Below, piece after piece: positions 26,804 through 36,669 of a DNA stretch of 46,956 nucleotides. Within the stretch, counting starts at the first letter, position 1; every line of letters begins with the position of its first letter. Under the pieces are notes generated by a model. The model saw only the letters and a list, made by a program, of their open reading frames with translations. It was not told where the DNA came from and searched no databases. Source of the DNA: a virus (taxonomy: Duplodnaviria > Caudoviricetes); IMG/VR virus record IMGVR_UViG_3300030102_003865, positions 1 through 46,956 of that record. One strand, written 5' to 3'. The position numbers were made by a program, and so were the translations under genes.

Positions 26804-27394
26804 ATGTTAATTACTTTGTCAAAAAAGTCTAAAAAAGATATTTTACTAGAACGAGCTCTTGAAATGATAAGTGCTGGATATAAGCACGTAAATATATGTA
26901 AAGAATTGGATATACATCCGTCTACGCTTAGGCGGTGGTTACGTAAAGAGGGGATCAAAGCTAAAGAAGAACCTGAAGTACCAAAGAAACTCGATGTTGT
27001 TCAAGACGTTTTAGATAAAGAGCTAGAAAAGAAAACCGATGATGCAATAAAGATTGCTAAACACGACGCAAGGAAAGCTGAGGACGAAGCCATGATGGAA
27101 ATAGCTGAATCTCAAAGTAGTCCTGCTGAGAAGTACCAATCTTATATCGCTGCTGCGGGTATTAAGCTACTAAGAGATTCTGTAAAAAATCTAAGAGGAC
27201 CTAAGACAGTTCGTGAACTATCAGAACTAGATCAGTTGATAAGAAGGAACTTAGGTTTAAATGCAAAGAATGCAGGAGGAGCAGGTAAAGTACAAATAGA
27301 CATTAGCATTTTACATAACACCAAAGCCGATAGGGGCAATGGATCAATAAAAATAAAAGACGAAGATATAATCGATGCCGAAGAAGCCGAATGA
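26804..27394 (+). CDS. HTH DNA-binding protein, possible small terminase
   Basis: ICKELDIHPSTLRRWL HTH, helical middle and acidic IIDAE tail; divergent from terL. Confidence 0.65.
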   Translation: MLITLSKKSKKDILLERALEMISAGYKHVNICKELDIHPSTLRRWLRKEGIKAKEEPEVPKKLDVVQDVLDKELEKKTDDAIKIAKHDARKAEDEAMMEIAESQSSPAEKYQSYIAAAGIKLLRDSVKNLRGPKTVRELSELDQLIRRNLGLNAKNAGGAGKVQIDISILHNTKADRGNGSIKIKDEDIIDAEEAE

Positions 27395-27638
27395 ATTTGA
27401 GATCGAAGAAGATGCGGAATCTGTTCTGTTATTATATGCAGGACTAGAGGACGCTTTTATTGGTACTGTAGAGCAGTATGGCAGACCTCCTATAGCATGT
27501 TATAGTAAGACTATAACACTTGAGCTTTTGCAAAAGAACTATGAGTTAACTGAGAAACAAGCCATTGAAAAGTTTGAGTTTGAATATTTACAAAACAATT
27601 TTGAAGAAGCAACCCCATGTTGGCTGGACGACATATAA
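27375..27638 (+). CDS. Small acidic phage protein (paralog of 35846-36133)
   Basis: GLEDAFIG...PPIACYS...AIEKFEF motif. Confidence 0.75.
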   Translation: MPKKPNEFEIEEDAESVLLLYAGLEDAFIGTVEQYGRPPIACYSKTITLELLQKNYELTEKQAIEKFEFEYLQNNFEEATPCWLDDI

Positions 27639-27883
27639 AACCAAGACCTCTTTTTCCTAATAAAAAAGTTGTTTCAGATCCTTGGATTGTTAAAAGAGAG
27701 AACATACCTCCCTCTGACTTTACTTTTTGTTGTGACTTGTTAGCAGGACAATATTATTTAGTTATACCTGCAACAGCAAGAGAAATTGGTTTCCTTCAGC
27801 TACTACAGAAAAACATAGATTGTTTTTTACCTATGGAAGGAGACGGTCTTCTAATTACTAAAAGGTGTCTAGATGGATATTGA
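27617..27883 (+). CDS. Hypothetical protein
   Basis: 88-aa ORF overlapping both neighbours in the operon. Confidence 0.55.
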   Translation: MLAGRHIKPRPLFPNKKVVSDPWIVKRENIPPSDFTFCCDLLAGQYYLVIPATAREIGFLQLLQKNIDCFLPMEGDGLLITKRCLDGY

Positions 27884-28400
27884 TGAAGAAGACGTAATCG
27901 TTGGAGTTGATAACGGGCTCAATGGAGGGCTGGTAGGTATATCCCGTCATACAGGAGGGGTTATTGCAAAAACTGTCATGCCTACTTTCCTTAGGGGTAA
28001 AAAGAAAGAAGTAGATATTTACAAAGTATATCAATGGGTACTCAGTTTGGATTCTTATCGATTTATATTTGCAGTTGAAGAACCTTTACACCACGCTAAA
28101 TCTTCTCAAGCAGTTCGATCTATGGGTATTTCTTTTGGTAAACTATTAGGGTTAGCTGAAACTAAACAGTGGAATCTTAAACGAGTAAAAGTACACAACT
28201 GGCAGAATTCAATGTTAGGTCATTTAAGAGCTCCTTATAATACAAAAGAAGCAGCTTTAGCAGTAGCTAATAATTTAGCTCCTGATGAATGTTGGTTAAA
28301 AAACAAACGATGTTCTAAAGCACATGACGGTATGGTAGACGCTTTCTTAATAGCTCAATACATACGAAAAGGTTATAAAATATTAGACGGTCGTATTTAA
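27873..28400 (+). CDS. RuvC-like Holliday junction resolvase
   Basis: IVGVDNG, AVEEP and HDGMVDAFLIA acidic motifs. Confidence 0.85.
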   Translation: MDIDEEDVIVGVDNGLNGGLVGISRHTGGVIAKTVMPTFLRGKKKEVDIYKVYQWVLSLDSYRFIFAVEEPLHHAKSSQAVRSMGISFGKLLGLAETKQWNLKRVKVHNWQNSMLGHLRAPYNTKEAALAVANNLAPDECWLKNKRCSKAHDGMVDAFLIAQYIRKGYKILDGRI

Positions 28401-28455
28401 CTTTAAGTTTTTTCTAGACATACTTATGCAAAGGGATTATTAAAAAGTCCTCTCT

Positions 28456-29751
28456 ATGAAAACTTTGTTTCCCAAACAAGAAGAGGCTTGCTCTTTTTTT
28501 GTAGATAAGCAGTCTCAACAAATCAATACTATTGATACTAGTGAAGTAGGTACAGGTAAAACTGTTGTAGCTGCTCACTTAGCTAAAAGACTTAGTGTAC
28601 CTATTGCTGTTATCTGCCCCAAGTCTGTTATACCTTCGTGGGAAAGAGAGTTAAAAGAAGTGGGAATTACTCCGCTATTTGTTCACAACTATGAAGCTAT
28701 ACGTAGAGGCAAGCCTCCTTACTTACGTAAAAAAGGTAAGAAGATAATGACATGGAACATGCCTCCTAACACATTAGTTCTTATTGACGAGATACATAAA
28801 TGCAAAGGGGCTTTCACACAAAACGCGCAACTTGTTATTAGCTTAGTTCAACAAGGTTTTTCAGTTCATGGGATGTCTGCTACCTCCTGTGAAGACCCAA
28901 CTGAAATGAGAGCTTTAGGTTATATGTTGGGTTTACATAACTTAAACAAAACAGAGGGAGTAAAATTTAATTGGTATAGTTGGATGAAGAAGAACGGCTG
29001 TGTACAAGACCAATGGAAACAATGGAGGTTATCTAAGAAAGCTTCTCTACAAAGTATTAAAGAAAAAATCTATGGAGTTGTTGGCAGCAAACTAACAGTA
29101 CAGGATTTCCCTGACAGTTTTAAAAACAATAGAGTGTTTGTTGAATATACAGAGTTTGCGGAAAAAGAATCTATTCAAGCTATCTACGATGAGTTTGAGA
29201 TAACACCTGATGTAGTAGAAAACTACATAGATGGGACAATCAATAGCGATGATAGTGAAATAATCTTAGTAAAAATACTACGAGCCCGTCAGTTAACTGA
29301 GCTGTGTAAAATACCTGACCTTGTAAACATGGCTAAAGATTTAAAGGATCAAGGAAACTCTGTAGTTATATTCGTCAACTTCAAAGACACGGTAAACCTA
29401 CTAGCTAAAAAACTTTCGTGTAAAACAATACAAGGAGGTCAGTCTGTGCAAGAAAGACAATCTAATGTAGATAGATTTCAAGAAGATAAAGACCACGTTC
29501 TTGTAGTTAACATAGCTGCGGGAGGCACTGGACTTTCTTTACACGATACTTTAGGTAAAAGACCACGGGTTAGTTTGATATGCCCATCATACTCTGCTAA
29601 AGAATATGCTCAAACATTAGGACGCATCCATAGAAACGGGGCGAAGTCAGATGCCATACAAAAAGTTTTAATATCCGAAGGCTCTATTGAGGAGCATGTG
29701 ATAAAAGCAGTAAACAGAAAATTAGATAACTTAAAAGAACTACATGGATAA
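28456..29751 (+). CDS. Superfamily 2 (SNF2-like) helicase
   Basis: GTGKT, DEIH, SAT, GGTGLSL, QTLGRIHR. Confidence 0.9.
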   Translation: MKTLFPKQEEACSFFVDKQSQQINTIDTSEVGTGKTVVAAHLAKRLSVPIAVICPKSVIPSWERELKEVGITPLFVHNYEAIRRGKPPYLRKKGKKIMTWNMPPNTLVLIDEIHKCKGAFTQNAQLVISLVQQGFSVHGMSATSCEDPTEMRALGYMLGLHNLNKTEGVKFNWYSWMKKNGCVQDQWKQWRLSKKASLQSIKEKIYGVVGSKLTVQDFPDSFKNNRVFVEYTEFAEKESIQAIYDEFEITPDVVENYIDGTINSDDSEIILVKILRARQLTELCKIPDLVNMAKDLKDQGNSVVIFVNFKDTVNLLAKKLSCKTIQGGQSVQERQSNVDRFQEDKDHVLVVNIAAGGTGLSLHDTLGKRPRVSLICPSYSAKEYAQTLGRIHRNGAKSDAIQKVLISEGSIEEHVIKAVNRKLDNLKELHG

Positions 29752-30862
29752 TACACCAGACCACGGAAGTAGGGGACACGCGGAGTTTTCTCCTTCAAGT
29801 TTAAAATACGTAGCAGGATGTGCAGGATACGAAGGTAGGTCAGGTACAAATGCCGCAGCGGAAAAAGGAACTCGAATACACGAAGCTTTAGAAGTTAGAG
29901 ATCCCTCTGCATTGCATGATGAAGAAGAGGTCGAGATATATGACATGATTGTGGCTGATGAGAAATCTTTCAACGAAAATTTTTTTGGTAACACTCCTTA
30001 CGAAGAGCTTAACGAGATACAAGTGCAAGTTGACTTACAAGGAACTGAGACATGGGGAACTTGTGATAGATTTTTAGTTGCGGGAGATAAAGCTGTAATG
30101 GCTGACTACAAGACGGGAATTTCTAAAATAGACTCACCCAAAGATAATTGGCAAGCGAAGGCATACACGCTTGGAGCTTTTCAAGCTTTTCCTAAAGTGA
30201 ACGAGATAGACTTTGTCTTTTATATACCTGTACGTGCTGAAGTTTTACACGACAAATTCACAAGAGCTGATGTTCCTTTATTAACAAAAGAACTTAGTGA
30301 AGTAATTCAAAGAGGTGAGATGGTTAGGCCGAAGTGGAAAGGTGGAGTACCTGATCATGATGAGCTAACTCCTACAGTAAACTGTAGGTTTTGTAAACAT
30401 GAAGATCATTGTCCTGCTTTAGGAGGACTTGCATTAGAAGTTGCTTCGAAAGTTGCAGGGGAGCCGTTACCAAACAAAGAAGATTTTGATTCTGATGATC
30501 CTGAAGTTTTAGAAAAGTTATGGGGCGTTGCTAAGGTTGTATCAAATTGGGCTACAAGAATAAAAGCTAAAGCAGTAGAGCAAGCTAAACAAGGTAAAGA
30601 GTTCCCAACTTTAAAACTTAAAAACATGGGAGCTACTAAAAAGTGTACTGACAATATAAGTATGTTAGAGATTGCAGAAACTTATGGAGTTACTGCTGAA
30701 GATTTATTAAGTGTATCTTCTTTACCAATAAAAAAGATAGCAGACCTTGTAGGTAAAAAATCGAACAAAGGAACTAAAAAAGAAAATTCAGATAATTTCC
30801 TTGCAGATCTTGAAGAAGCGGATATTATCAAAACTTCCGAGACGCGGTTCACGCTCTCATAA
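29744..30862 (+). CDS. Cas4-like PD-(D/E)xK exonuclease (DUF2800-type)
   Basis: HAEFSPSS, GTRIH, GTCD...DYKTG, Q...Y, CRFC.....C. Confidence 0.85.
   Translation: MDNTPDHGSRGHAEFSPSSLKYVAGCAGYEGRSGTNAAAEKGTRIHEALEVRDPSALHDEEEVEIYDMIVADEKSFNENFFGNTPYEELNEIQVQVDLQGTETWGTCDRFLVAGDKAVMADYKTGISKIDSPKDNWQAKAYTLGAFQAFPKVNEIDFVFYIPVRAEVLHDKFTRADVPLLTKELSEVIQRGEMVRPKWKGGVPDHDELTPTVNCRFCKHEDHCPALGGLALEVASKVAGEPLPNKEDFDSDDPEVLEKLWGVAKVVSNWATRIKAKAVEQAKQGKEFPTLKLKNMGATKKCTDNISMLEIAETYGVTAEDLLSVSSLPIKKIADLVGKKSNKGTKKENSDNFLADLEEADIIKTSETRFTLS
30801..30828 (+). promoter_or_regulatory. Putative internal promoter for the SSB-like gene
   Basis: TTGCAG-N16-TATTAT inside the 3' end of the nuclease gene. Confidence 0.45.
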
Positions 30863-30907
30863 GAAAATAAGAAAATAAGAAAATAAGAAAATAAGAAAAT
30901 AAGAAAA
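30860..30907. repeat. TAAGAAAA octamer x6
   Basis: Six perfect copies filling the intergenic space before ATG 30910. Confidence 0.95.
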
Positions 30908-30909
30908 AA

Positions 30910-31548
30910 ATGAGCAAAGCTAAATTAGCAACTGTAAAAGAAGAGTTAGCAGAGGTATCAGATCCACCAAAGTTAGCTATCACCGCGAGCGATATTGAAA
31001 TCCCTCGCCTTAATATAATTCAATCATCTAGTGAAATTGCAGGAGATGCAGGTTCAGTAGTGCTTGATAGAACAACAACTATCCTTGAGCCTGATAAGGA
31101 ATGCCAAGTCATACCCGTCAACGCTCTTAAAGGGTGGAGAGAAAACGTACCTTTTGGTTCTCCTGAAATGCCTCGCATAGCGTGGAATGAAGAAGAAAAG
31201 AAAGAGATTGAATCTGACAGTGAGTTCGGCACAATCGAATTTGCAGAAATCATTTTGCTTTTTCCAATGCCTAAAGGTGCAGATGAGGAATTGTATCCGT
31301 ATCCCATCGGAGAAGATCAGTACGCATTAGGTAAACTAAATGTAGCTAAAGATGCTTTTAGATGTACCTACAAAAGACTGGCAACTTTTTCTGCTTTCAA
31401 TGATGATCCATTATGCTCAAGAATTTGGAACTTCAAAGCAGAATTGCTTACAAGAGGTAGACACTCTTGGTACGTACCTTCATTAACTGTTTCTAAGGAT
31501 AAGTCTCCTGAAGATGTAACCAGTTTTGTAACCCGCATCACTAGCTAA
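30910..31548 (+). CDS. Putative ssDNA-binding / annealing protein
   Basis: DIEIPRLNIIQ N-terminal motif; position between exonuclease and polymerase. Confidence 0.55.
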   Translation: MSKAKLATVKEELAEVSDPPKLAITASDIEIPRLNIIQSSSEIAGDAGSVVLDRTTTILEPDKECQVIPVNALKGWRENVPFGSPEMPRIAWNEEEKKEIESDSEFGTIEFAEIILLFPMPKGADEELYPYPIGEDQYALGKLNVAKDAFRCTYKRLATFSAFNDDPLCSRIWNFKAELLTRGRHSWYVPSLTVSKDKSPEDVTSFVTRITS

Positions 31549-31549
31549 C

Positions 31550-31786
31550 ATGTCAGAAGATAAAGTAGAAAGAATTATTGAAGACGAGCAGAGTATTTTT
31601 CAAGGCGAGTTAACTCAACTTGAAGGTATTCTAGCTGAAATTGACGAAAAGATTGATGCTTTAAAAGTACAGAAAAAGAAAATGCAGACATTATCTAATG
31701 TCTTTACTTCTGCTCTTGAAGGCATTCAACACGATCTTAAACAAGTAGAGCTTGATCTGGAAGAATCCCTACCACATCCTGATTAA
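31550..31786 (+). CDS. Small coiled-coil protein
   Basis: 78 aa, heptad pattern. Confidence 0.7.
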   Translation: MSEDKVERIIEDEQSIFQGELTQLEGILAEIDEKIDALKVQKKKMQTLSNVFTSALEGIQHDLKQVELDLEESLPHPD

Positions 31787-31797
31787 TACTTAAACAC

Positions 31798-31904
31798 TTT
31801 ACGTAGTCATACGTAAACAGGAGCTCCGTTTCAGTGAGTTCCTTCATAACATGAGAGGGATCGCCTACTCCTGTTCGTGGGGGACAGGGGTAGGCACTCT
31901 CATG
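31798..31904 (+). promoter_or_regulatory. Three tandem hairpins in the polymerase leader
   Basis: TTTACGTA/TACGTAAA; GGAGCTC/GAGTTCC; CATGAGAG..GCCTACTCCTGT/ACAGGGGTAGGC..CTCTCATG. Confidence 0.6.
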
Positions 31905-31917
31905 AAAAATACCTCTT

Positions 31918-33681
31918 ATGAAAACATTTGCTTTAGACTTTGAAACTTACTACGACAAGGACTGTAGTATTAAAAAATTAGGTTTTAACTGTTACTTTTC
32001 CCATCCTGATTTCGACGCATATAAACTTAGTGTTGTAGGAGACGATGGTACTTCCTTCGTTGGGTGTCCTAAAGAAGGATTTGACTGGTCGATTCTTGAA
32101 GGGCATAGAGTCCTAGCCCATAACGCATCCTTTGATGAATCTTTATATTTGTTTGGGGTAACTAAAGGTTGGTGGCCGAATGTTAAATACGCAGAGTGGC
32201 ATTGCACCGCAGACCTATCCGCTTACTGTGGATTACCTAGATCTCTTAAAGGAGCTACTTCTGTGTTGTATGATCTAGAAATGGATAAGTCTACCCGTGA
32301 TAATATGGCGGGTAAGAGATGGGAAGATATGGATGAGGAATTTAAAAAAGAAGTAGATGAGTATGCTCTTAAAGATTCTGAATATTGTTTAGATTTATGG
32401 AGAGATCTACAAGATAAGTGGCCCGAAGCTGAAAGAGATATCAGTAAAATAAATAGACTGTGTATGCAGAGAGGTGTTCCGATTGACGCTGAAGAACTTA
32501 AAAAACAAAAAGAGAATATAAACATAAAGTTGTTTGAGGCGGAGAATAACATTCCGTGGCTAGACACCGCTACTCCATTATCTAGAAAAGCATTTAACGA
32601 AGAATGCAGGAAGATGGGGCTTGAGCCTCCTGTTAGTTTATCGATGACCGACGATGAAGCTAACGCTTGGATTAAAGAACACGGACATAAGTACAAATGG
32701 ATTGGAGCTGTTCGAGACTATAGAAGGATTAACTCCCTTAAAAGAAAGTTAGAATCTTTTGATAATGCCACAATGGATGATGGCAGATACTATGGAGGGC
32801 TTATGTATTTTGGAGCTCATACAGGAAGGTTTAGTGGGTCAGGAGGTAATCTTAATTTACAAAATTTACCGCGAGGAGAACTCTTAGGAACAAACCTAAG
32901 AAAACTTATTTCACCTAGCAAAGATAAAAAACTTGTTGTAGCTGACCTATCTCAAATTGAAGTTAGAACTTTATGTTGGTTATCTGAAGATACAGAAACT
33001 TTAGAAGTAATTAGAAACTCTGATGACATATACGAAGGCTTTGCATGTCAATTTAACTTATGGGATAAAAGCAAAGGGATATTAAAAGATGAAGATCCTA
33101 AGCTCCGTCATCGGGTAAAAACTATGGTACTTGGTTGTGGTTATGGAGTTAGTGCTAATAAATTTTCTATGATCTCTGGCATGCCCATAGATGAGGCAAT
33201 GCACTCTGTTAGGTTATATAGAACCTCTATGAAAAAAGTTGTGGGTTTGTGGAACTCTATTCAACGGAAATTACATATAGCTTACTCTAAGAAAGAAGAC
33301 TTTATTCTGGATCTACCATCAGGAAGACAATTAAATTACGGGAAAATAAAAACAACTATTCAAAACAACAGACGCAACTATGTTGCAATGTTGACTAAAG
33401 GAGCTAAGAAAATTCCTATTAGGTTGTGGGGAGGTTTACTAGCCGAGAACATATCTCAAGCTTTAGCAAGAGACATATTTTCTGATATGTTGGTTAGGTT
33501 AGAGCAAGAAGGACTTAAAGTAATATTCCATGTTCATGACGAATTTGTAATTGAAATTGAAAAGGAGGAGGCTCAAAAAGGATTGGACAAAGTGCTCGAT
33601 ATAATGAAAACTCCTCCACCGTGGATTTCCGATATCCCTCTTGATGCGGAAGGAAAAATAGTAACTGAATATGAGAAGTAA
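31918..33681 (+). CDS. polA: Family A DNA polymerase with 3'-5' exonuclease
   Basis: ExoI DFET, HNASFD, HTGRFS, motif A DLSQIEVR, motif B R...KTMVLGCGYG, motif C HVHDE. Confidence 0.95.
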   Translation: MKTFALDFETYYDKDCSIKKLGFNCYFSHPDFDAYKLSVVGDDGTSFVGCPKEGFDWSILEGHRVLAHNASFDESLYLFGVTKGWWPNVKYAEWHCTADLSAYCGLPRSLKGATSVLYDLEMDKSTRDNMAGKRWEDMDEEFKKEVDEYALKDSEYCLDLWRDLQDKWPEAERDISKINRLCMQRGVPIDAEELKKQKENINIKLFEAENNIPWLDTATPLSRKAFNEECRKMGLEPPVSLSMTDDEANAWIKEHGHKYKWIGAVRDYRRINSLKRKLESFDNATMDDGRYYGGLMYFGAHTGRFSGSGGNLNLQNLPRGELLGTNLRKLISPSKDKKLVVADLSQIEVRTLCWLSEDTETLEVIRNSDDIYEGFACQFNLWDKSKGILKDEDPKLRHRVKTMVLGCGYGVSANKFSMISGMPIDEAMHSVRLYRTSMKKVVGLWNSIQRKLHIAYSKKEDFILDLPSGRQLNYGKIKTTIQNNRRNYVAMLTKGAKKIPIRLWGGLLAENISQALARDIFSDMLVRLEQEGLKVIFHVHDEFVIEIEKEEAQKGLDKVLDIMKTPPPWISDIPLDAEGKIVTEYEK

Positions 33682-35849
33682 TGGAATATAGATATATTAA
33701 AAACCTGTGCGACAACAAAGCGATTAAGTTAAAGGACTTATCTGCTTTACAAAAAAAGAAACCAACATTTAAAGACAAAGCTAAATTTAGAGCTTGGTGT
33801 GCCGACAAGAATACAGACCATTGTTTTTACAGCACTGTTATAGGAGACACACCATCACTTCGAGTTTCCTCAAGCAACCCACCACATACAGTATGGGGGG
33901 TCGTAGCTGATTATGACGCTCCTATAGATTTCTCAATCATCGATAAAATACTAGCGACTCAATGTAAATCTGCAATGCCTACGTGGAGATCGAAAACTCA
34001 GTCAGGTTATTTGAGATTGGTCTGGGAGTTTGAATCAGGGATTACAGTGTCTCCTGATTTGTTTGCAGAGTTCATGAAGAGGATGGCTAATTACTTAGCC
34101 TTAGATAGAATCTGTGCAGGGTTTGATAAGTCTTCTCTCAAAGCTAGTCAGTATTTTGAGTTAGGAGTTGATTGGACAAAAGTAGGAGATCCTTTAGATG
34201 AATCTATTTATCAATCAGCGTACAGGAAAGCAGCGATGGATAAACCTCCACAAGTGTCTGAAGTTTCTATTCCTATTGATGTTATTGCTGAAGAGGTAAG
34301 TAAAAGATTTCCTAACCGATGGGAGGGTGACTTTAATGTAGGTAGCAGAGGCCCTTTGTTCTGGATCGATGATGGTATAGAAAGAGAAGGTTGTCAGGTT
34401 TCAGATAACGGGATGGTTACATACAGTGACAGAGCAGGAAAAGGTTTTGTTACTTGGACAGAGATTTTTGGTAAAAAGTTTGTGTCTGATTATGAGACTA
34501 CAAAGACTTCAGGTATTCTCGATACGTATTGGTACAACGGTAAAACGTATTTCAAACTAATTTACGGGGCGGCACAACAAATTCAGGAGAAACAACTTAT
34601 ACTAGAGTTAAGGCAAGCAGGATTCTCTCCTAAGATAAGAGCAGGTAAAGCTTGTTCAGAGGTAGAGAATGCACTTGTTTCTATCTGCAACGATAATCGT
34701 ATCGACGAGATAGCTCCTGTTATCTTTTCAAAAGACAGAGTTGTTACCTACAATAGTAGAAGGATACTTAATAACGCTAATATAAATCCTGTTAAACCCG
34801 CAGACTCAGGGGACAAAAAGGATTGGCCTTTCATACACAAATGGTTATCTAGTTTATTTGTAAATAATTCAAAGACTCCTACAATAGATTACTTTTATGC
34901 GTGGCTACAAAGGTTTTATGTATCTGTAATAGATAAAAATGCAGCGCAAGGTCAGGCTTTACTTTTAGTGGGGCCTACTAACAAAGGAAAATCACTGTTA
35001 AGTAACTGTGTTATCTCTGCATTAGTGGGAGGTTTTGCGGATGCTTCTGAATACATATCAGGAGGCACAAGCTTTAACAAAGACTTAGGAGGTAAAGCTG
35101 CGTGGGTGATTGACGATACGGTTAGTGCGGCTTCTTTTCAGGATCAGCGGAAAGCAACAGAGTTAATTAAGAAAGCAGTAGCTAATCCTAGAATGGAATA
35201 CCATGCGAAACATGTAGATGCGATTAGTGTTCCGTGGACAGGTCGAGTTATAATGTCTCTTAACATGGACCCTAACAGCCTTAGCGTGATACCTGCATTA
35301 GACTCAAGTAACCGTGACAAGATTATGGCACTACTTATTAGTGAGACTTCTAGAAGTAAGTTTCCTCCTAACCACATTCTGGAGCAAACAATAAAAGACG
35401 AACTGCCCTACTTTGCTAAATTTCTAATAGAGTTTAAGGCTCCAAAAAGCGTGTTAGGGACTTCTAGATTTGGAGTTGATTCCTACATTGACCCTGTTAT
35501 AGCAAGTGCTGCTTACGATAATTCAAGTAGGTCAAGTATTGCAGAGCTTGTTGAGTTTTTTGTTAAAAGAGCTAGGGAGTATGGGCATAGTATTTCATGG
35601 AGGGGAACCCTTACCGATTTTCAAGTTAAGGTTCAAGACTTTAACGGAGGCAGGAACGTCGGTATGTCTGGCTCGATGGAGTTTCTACGTCGAGGGATTG
35701 GTATAATGGAAGATGCTGCTCGTAATAATTCTCATCTACGGCCTATAAAATCTAGAGGTCAAGGAGGAGGTAAGATTTGGGAAATTGATCTGGACGAAAA
35801 ATATGATATAGATAATATTCAGAATGACAAAATAATTTCCATTTTATGA
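33681..35849 (+). CDS. Primase-helicase (primase-like N-terminus + SF3-type P-loop domain)
   Basis: VADYD and TQSG motifs at the N-terminus; GPTNKGKS, WVIDD and MSLN at the C-terminus. Confidence 0.8.
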   Translation: MEYRYIKNLCDNKAIKLKDLSALQKKKPTFKDKAKFRAWCADKNTDHCFYSTVIGDTPSLRVSSSNPPHTVWGVVADYDAPIDFSIIDKILATQCKSAMPTWRSKTQSGYLRLVWEFESGITVSPDLFAEFMKRMANYLALDRICAGFDKSSLKASQYFELGVDWTKVGDPLDESIYQSAYRKAAMDKPPQVSEVSIPIDVIAEEVSKRFPNRWEGDFNVGSRGPLFWIDDGIEREGCQVSDNGMVTYSDRAGKGFVTWTEIFGKKFVSDYETTKTSGILDTYWYNGKTYFKLIYGAAQQIQEKQLILELRQAGFSPKIRAGKACSEVENALVSICNDNRIDEIAPVIFSKDRVVTYNSRRILNNANINPVKPADSGDKKDWPFIHKWLSSLFVNNSKTPTIDYFYAWLQRFYVSVIDKNAAQGQALLLVGPTNKGKSLLSNCVISALVGGFADASEYISGGTSFNKDLGGKAAWVIDDTVSAASFQDQRKATELIKKAVANPRMEYHAKHVDAISVPWTGRVIMSLNMDPNSLSVIPALDSSNRDKIMALLISETSRSKFPPNHILEQTIKDELPYFAKFLIEFKAPKSVLGTSRFGVDSYIDPVIASAAYDNSSRSSIAELVEFFVKRAREYGHSISWRGTLTDFQVKVQDFNGGRNVGMSGSMEFLRRGIGIMEDAARNNSHLRPIKSRGQGGGKIWEIDLDEKYDIDNIQNDKIISIL

Positions 35850-36133
35850 CCAGACAAGAAATAGAAAATTTTATTGAAAAGACCATATCGACAACATCTG
35901 TAGTATTGGCAGATGATTTAGATGAAGCTTTTGTAGGTATAGATGTAGAGAATGGTCCACCTAGAGCTGTGTATTCTATAGAAAAATGTATAAACTTGTT
36001 AGCTCAAGATATGTCTACAGTTGAAGCCGACGAATACTTTTGGTACAATGTAGCAGGAGCAGTAGGAGACGAATTACCTATTTACATTTCAACTCCTGAA
36101 GAGGAAGAGGAAGAGGAAAGTCCTTACGACTAA
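35846..36133 (+). CDS. Small acidic phage protein (paralog of 27375-27638)
   Basis: DLDEAFVG...PPRAVYS...ADEYFWYN. Confidence 0.75.
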   Translation: MTRQEIENFIEKTISTTSVVLADDLDEAFVGIDVENGPPRAVYSIEKCINLLAQDMSTVEADEYFWYNVAGAVGDELPIYISTPEEEEEEESPYD

Positions 36134-36134
36134 A

Positions 36135-36665
36135 TCATTTATAACTAAATGGATTATTAAGCTTATCCATTTCTGTGTGGTAGCCCGCTGCCTTGTAAGT
36201 AAATCCGTGGTCATCTTGTTCCCCCTTTTTTTTAAACTGAGCTACTTTAAAAAACTTAGTCGTGGGTAGCCATCCTACAATCCAGACAAACATTAAATCT
36301 TTCCTGACTCTGGTAAAAAAATAAACATCGTTGTCAGGAATTTTCTTAGAGGACCCATTAACAGAAACAGAGTATTCGGGTTTCGGGATGGACCCACAAG
36401 TTTTAGACTTAACCTCTATTCGTTTGTGTCGATGTTCTAAATCATGAGTAAAAACATAATTGCCTACATAAACACTTTTTTTAATAAATTTATTAACGAC
36501 TATCTCTCCTAAAGAACCAGTCATACGACCCATGCCTTGAGTAAATGAATTAGGAAGAACTCCCATTTCAGTAGCCCTCGTATGCGCGAGAGATATATCA
36601 TCGCTAGAGGGGGTATAGACTGCGAAGGGACCGCTTTCTTTAAAACCTTGTTTTCTTACACTCAA
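36135..36665 (-). CDS. Putative PD-(D/E)xK-fold nuclease-like protein
   Basis: GSLGE...HDL...IEVKSK pattern. Confidence 0.55.
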   Translation of the reverse strand: MSVRKQGFKESGPFAVYTPSSDDISLAHTRATEMGVLPNSFTQGMGRMTGSLGEIVVNKFIKKSVYVGNYVFTHDLEHRHKRIEVKSKTCGSIPKPEYSVSVNGSSKKIPDNDVYFFTRVRKDLMFVWIVGWLPTTKFFKVAQFKKKGEQDDHGFTYKAAGYHTEMDKLNNPFSYK

Positions 36666-36669
36666 ATTT

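Noticed and set aside
29744-30862. Cas4 as evidence of a CRISPR-Cas system
   Set aside because: No array or other cas genes; typical phage replication-module exonuclease
32223-32696. 157-aa minus-strand ORF
   Set aside because: Antisense to polA, Ser/Leu-rich shadow
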